A DNA stretch of 64,000 nt, from contig OY968769.1 of the NCBI GenBank assembly GCA_963695345.1, forward strand, positions 1,696,001-1,760,000. Reading direction: 5' to 3'. The DNA is from an uncultured Methanomassiliicoccales archaeon. GTDB taxonomy: Archaea > Thermoplasmatota > Thermoplasmata > Methanomassiliicoccales > UBA472. The notes below the pieces were generated by a model. The model was not told where the DNA came from and did not search any database. It saw nothing but the letters and a program-made list of their open reading frames with translations. Below are positions 63,116-64,000 of the stretch, in pieces; positions within the stretch are counted from its first letter, which is position 1, and the number at the start of each line of letters is the position of its first letter. The position numbers and the translations under genes were made by a program.

Positions 63116-64000
63116 ATGAACGACTTAGCTCTGAGGTGCATGCCAACGGCCGTCTGGAAGGAAGACGACGTGATCGGTACGGACAAGGTCAAGGCAATGG
63201 TGGCCATACTGCGCACCAAGGGCTGTTGGTGGGCGTTCAAGAAGGGCTGCACCATGTGCGGCTATAATGTCGAGAGCGATCAGGGAATAACCACCGACGA
63301 CCTGAGGGCCCAGTTGGCCAGCGTCAAGAACAAGTACGCTGGAGAGCCGATGGTCAAGATATACACTTCGGGAAGCTTCCTGGATGACCGGGAGATCGTG
63401 CCCGAGCTGCGGCTGGAGATATTGGACTCGTTCCCCCAAGCGCAGAAGATCATATTCGAGACCCGGCCGGAGTTCGTTACCGATGAGGCATTGGCGCCGC
63501 TCCCGAAGGAAAAGGTGCTGGTTGCGCTCGGGCTCGAGTCAGCCGATGATGAAGTGCTACGCCATTCCATTCGGAAAGGGTTCACCGTCGCCGATTACGT
63601 CAAGGCCGCCGAGACGCTGAGACGTCACGCCATACCGGTGAGGACATACCTTCTATTGAAACCGCCGTTTCTGACCGAGGCCCGCGCCATCCACGACACT
63701 ACCGCCGCCATCGAGTTCGCCCGGCCCTACTCAGAGAGCATTTCGATCAACCCGGTCAATGTCCAGTCCAGTACCATCATTGAGGACATGTGGCGGAGGG
63801 GCGATTACCGGTCCCCCTGGATCTGGTCATTGGTGGACGTGCTCAGGGCAGGTTGGAGGCAGGGCGGACCTAGGCTTTTCAGCTCCCCGAGCGGTGCGGG
63901 AACATTGCGCGGAGTGCATAACTGCGATAAATGTGACAGAAAGGTACTTGATGCGGTCCAGCGTTTCTCGTTCGAGCAGGACCCGAAGTACCTCGACGGC
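63116..64000 (+). CDS. Radical SAM enzyme for archaeosine biosynthesis (RaSEA-like), 3' truncated
   Basis: Not in the ORF track. Hand-translated ILRTKGCWWAFKKGCTMCGY (CX6CX2C), KIYTSGSFLD, FETRPE, LGLES and YLLLKPPFLTE. Confidence 0.88.
   Translation, partial: MNDLALRCMPTAVWKEDDVIGTDKVKAMVAILRTKGCWWAFKKGCTMCGYNVESDQGITTDDLRAQLASVKNKYAGEPMVKIYTSGSFLDDREIVPELRLEILDSFPQAQKIIFETRPEFVTDEALAPLPKEKVLVALGLESADDEVLRHSIRKGFTVADYVKAAETLRRHAIPVRTYLLLKPPFLTEARAIHDTTAAIEFARPYSESISINPVNVQSSTIIEDMWRRGDYRSPWIWSLVDVLRAGWRQGGPRLFSSPSGAGTLRGVHNCDKCDRKVLDAVQRFSFEQDPKYLDG

Noticed and set aside
62839-63620. Short ORFs listed on both strands near the window end
   Set aside because: Explained by the open plus-strand radical SAM gene starting at 63116

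Overview
Archaeal chromosomal segment, most consistent with a Methanomassiliicoccales (Thermoplasmata) methanogen. This is inferred from the AMMECR1-pyrC-YkgJ-Sm-rpl37e-purF order, the archaeal intron-containing tRNAs, a RaSEA homologue and large FN3/BspA-LRR surface proteins. Housekeeping content: pyrC, purF, rpl37e, rpl41e, cimA, hom, nadE and five tRNA genes (Ala-GGC; Arg-TCT with two introns; Trp-CCA with a C/D-box intron; Ser-GGA with a mini-intron; Glu-CTC). Accessory content: a small defence-like islet (Zn-ribbon/PD-(D/E)XK nuclease, SLATT), a coupled HPr-kinase-like/CARF/PIN operon with no CRISPR in the window, an arsenic cluster (acr3, arsC, arsR) whose operon ends in a miniature CdhE/HgcA-like corrinoid-fold protein, three large FN3 surface proteins, homospermidine synthase, a ~17 kb chemotaxis cluster (cheD, 2x cheC, cheA, cheB, cheY, cheW, 3 soluble PAS/poly-HAMP receptors, cheR; no cheF or archaellum genes) and an ABC-2 exporter. 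Many genes carry small frameshifts that look like uncorrected sequencing indels, so split genes are reported joined. All family calls come from visual motif recognition; no database searches were run.
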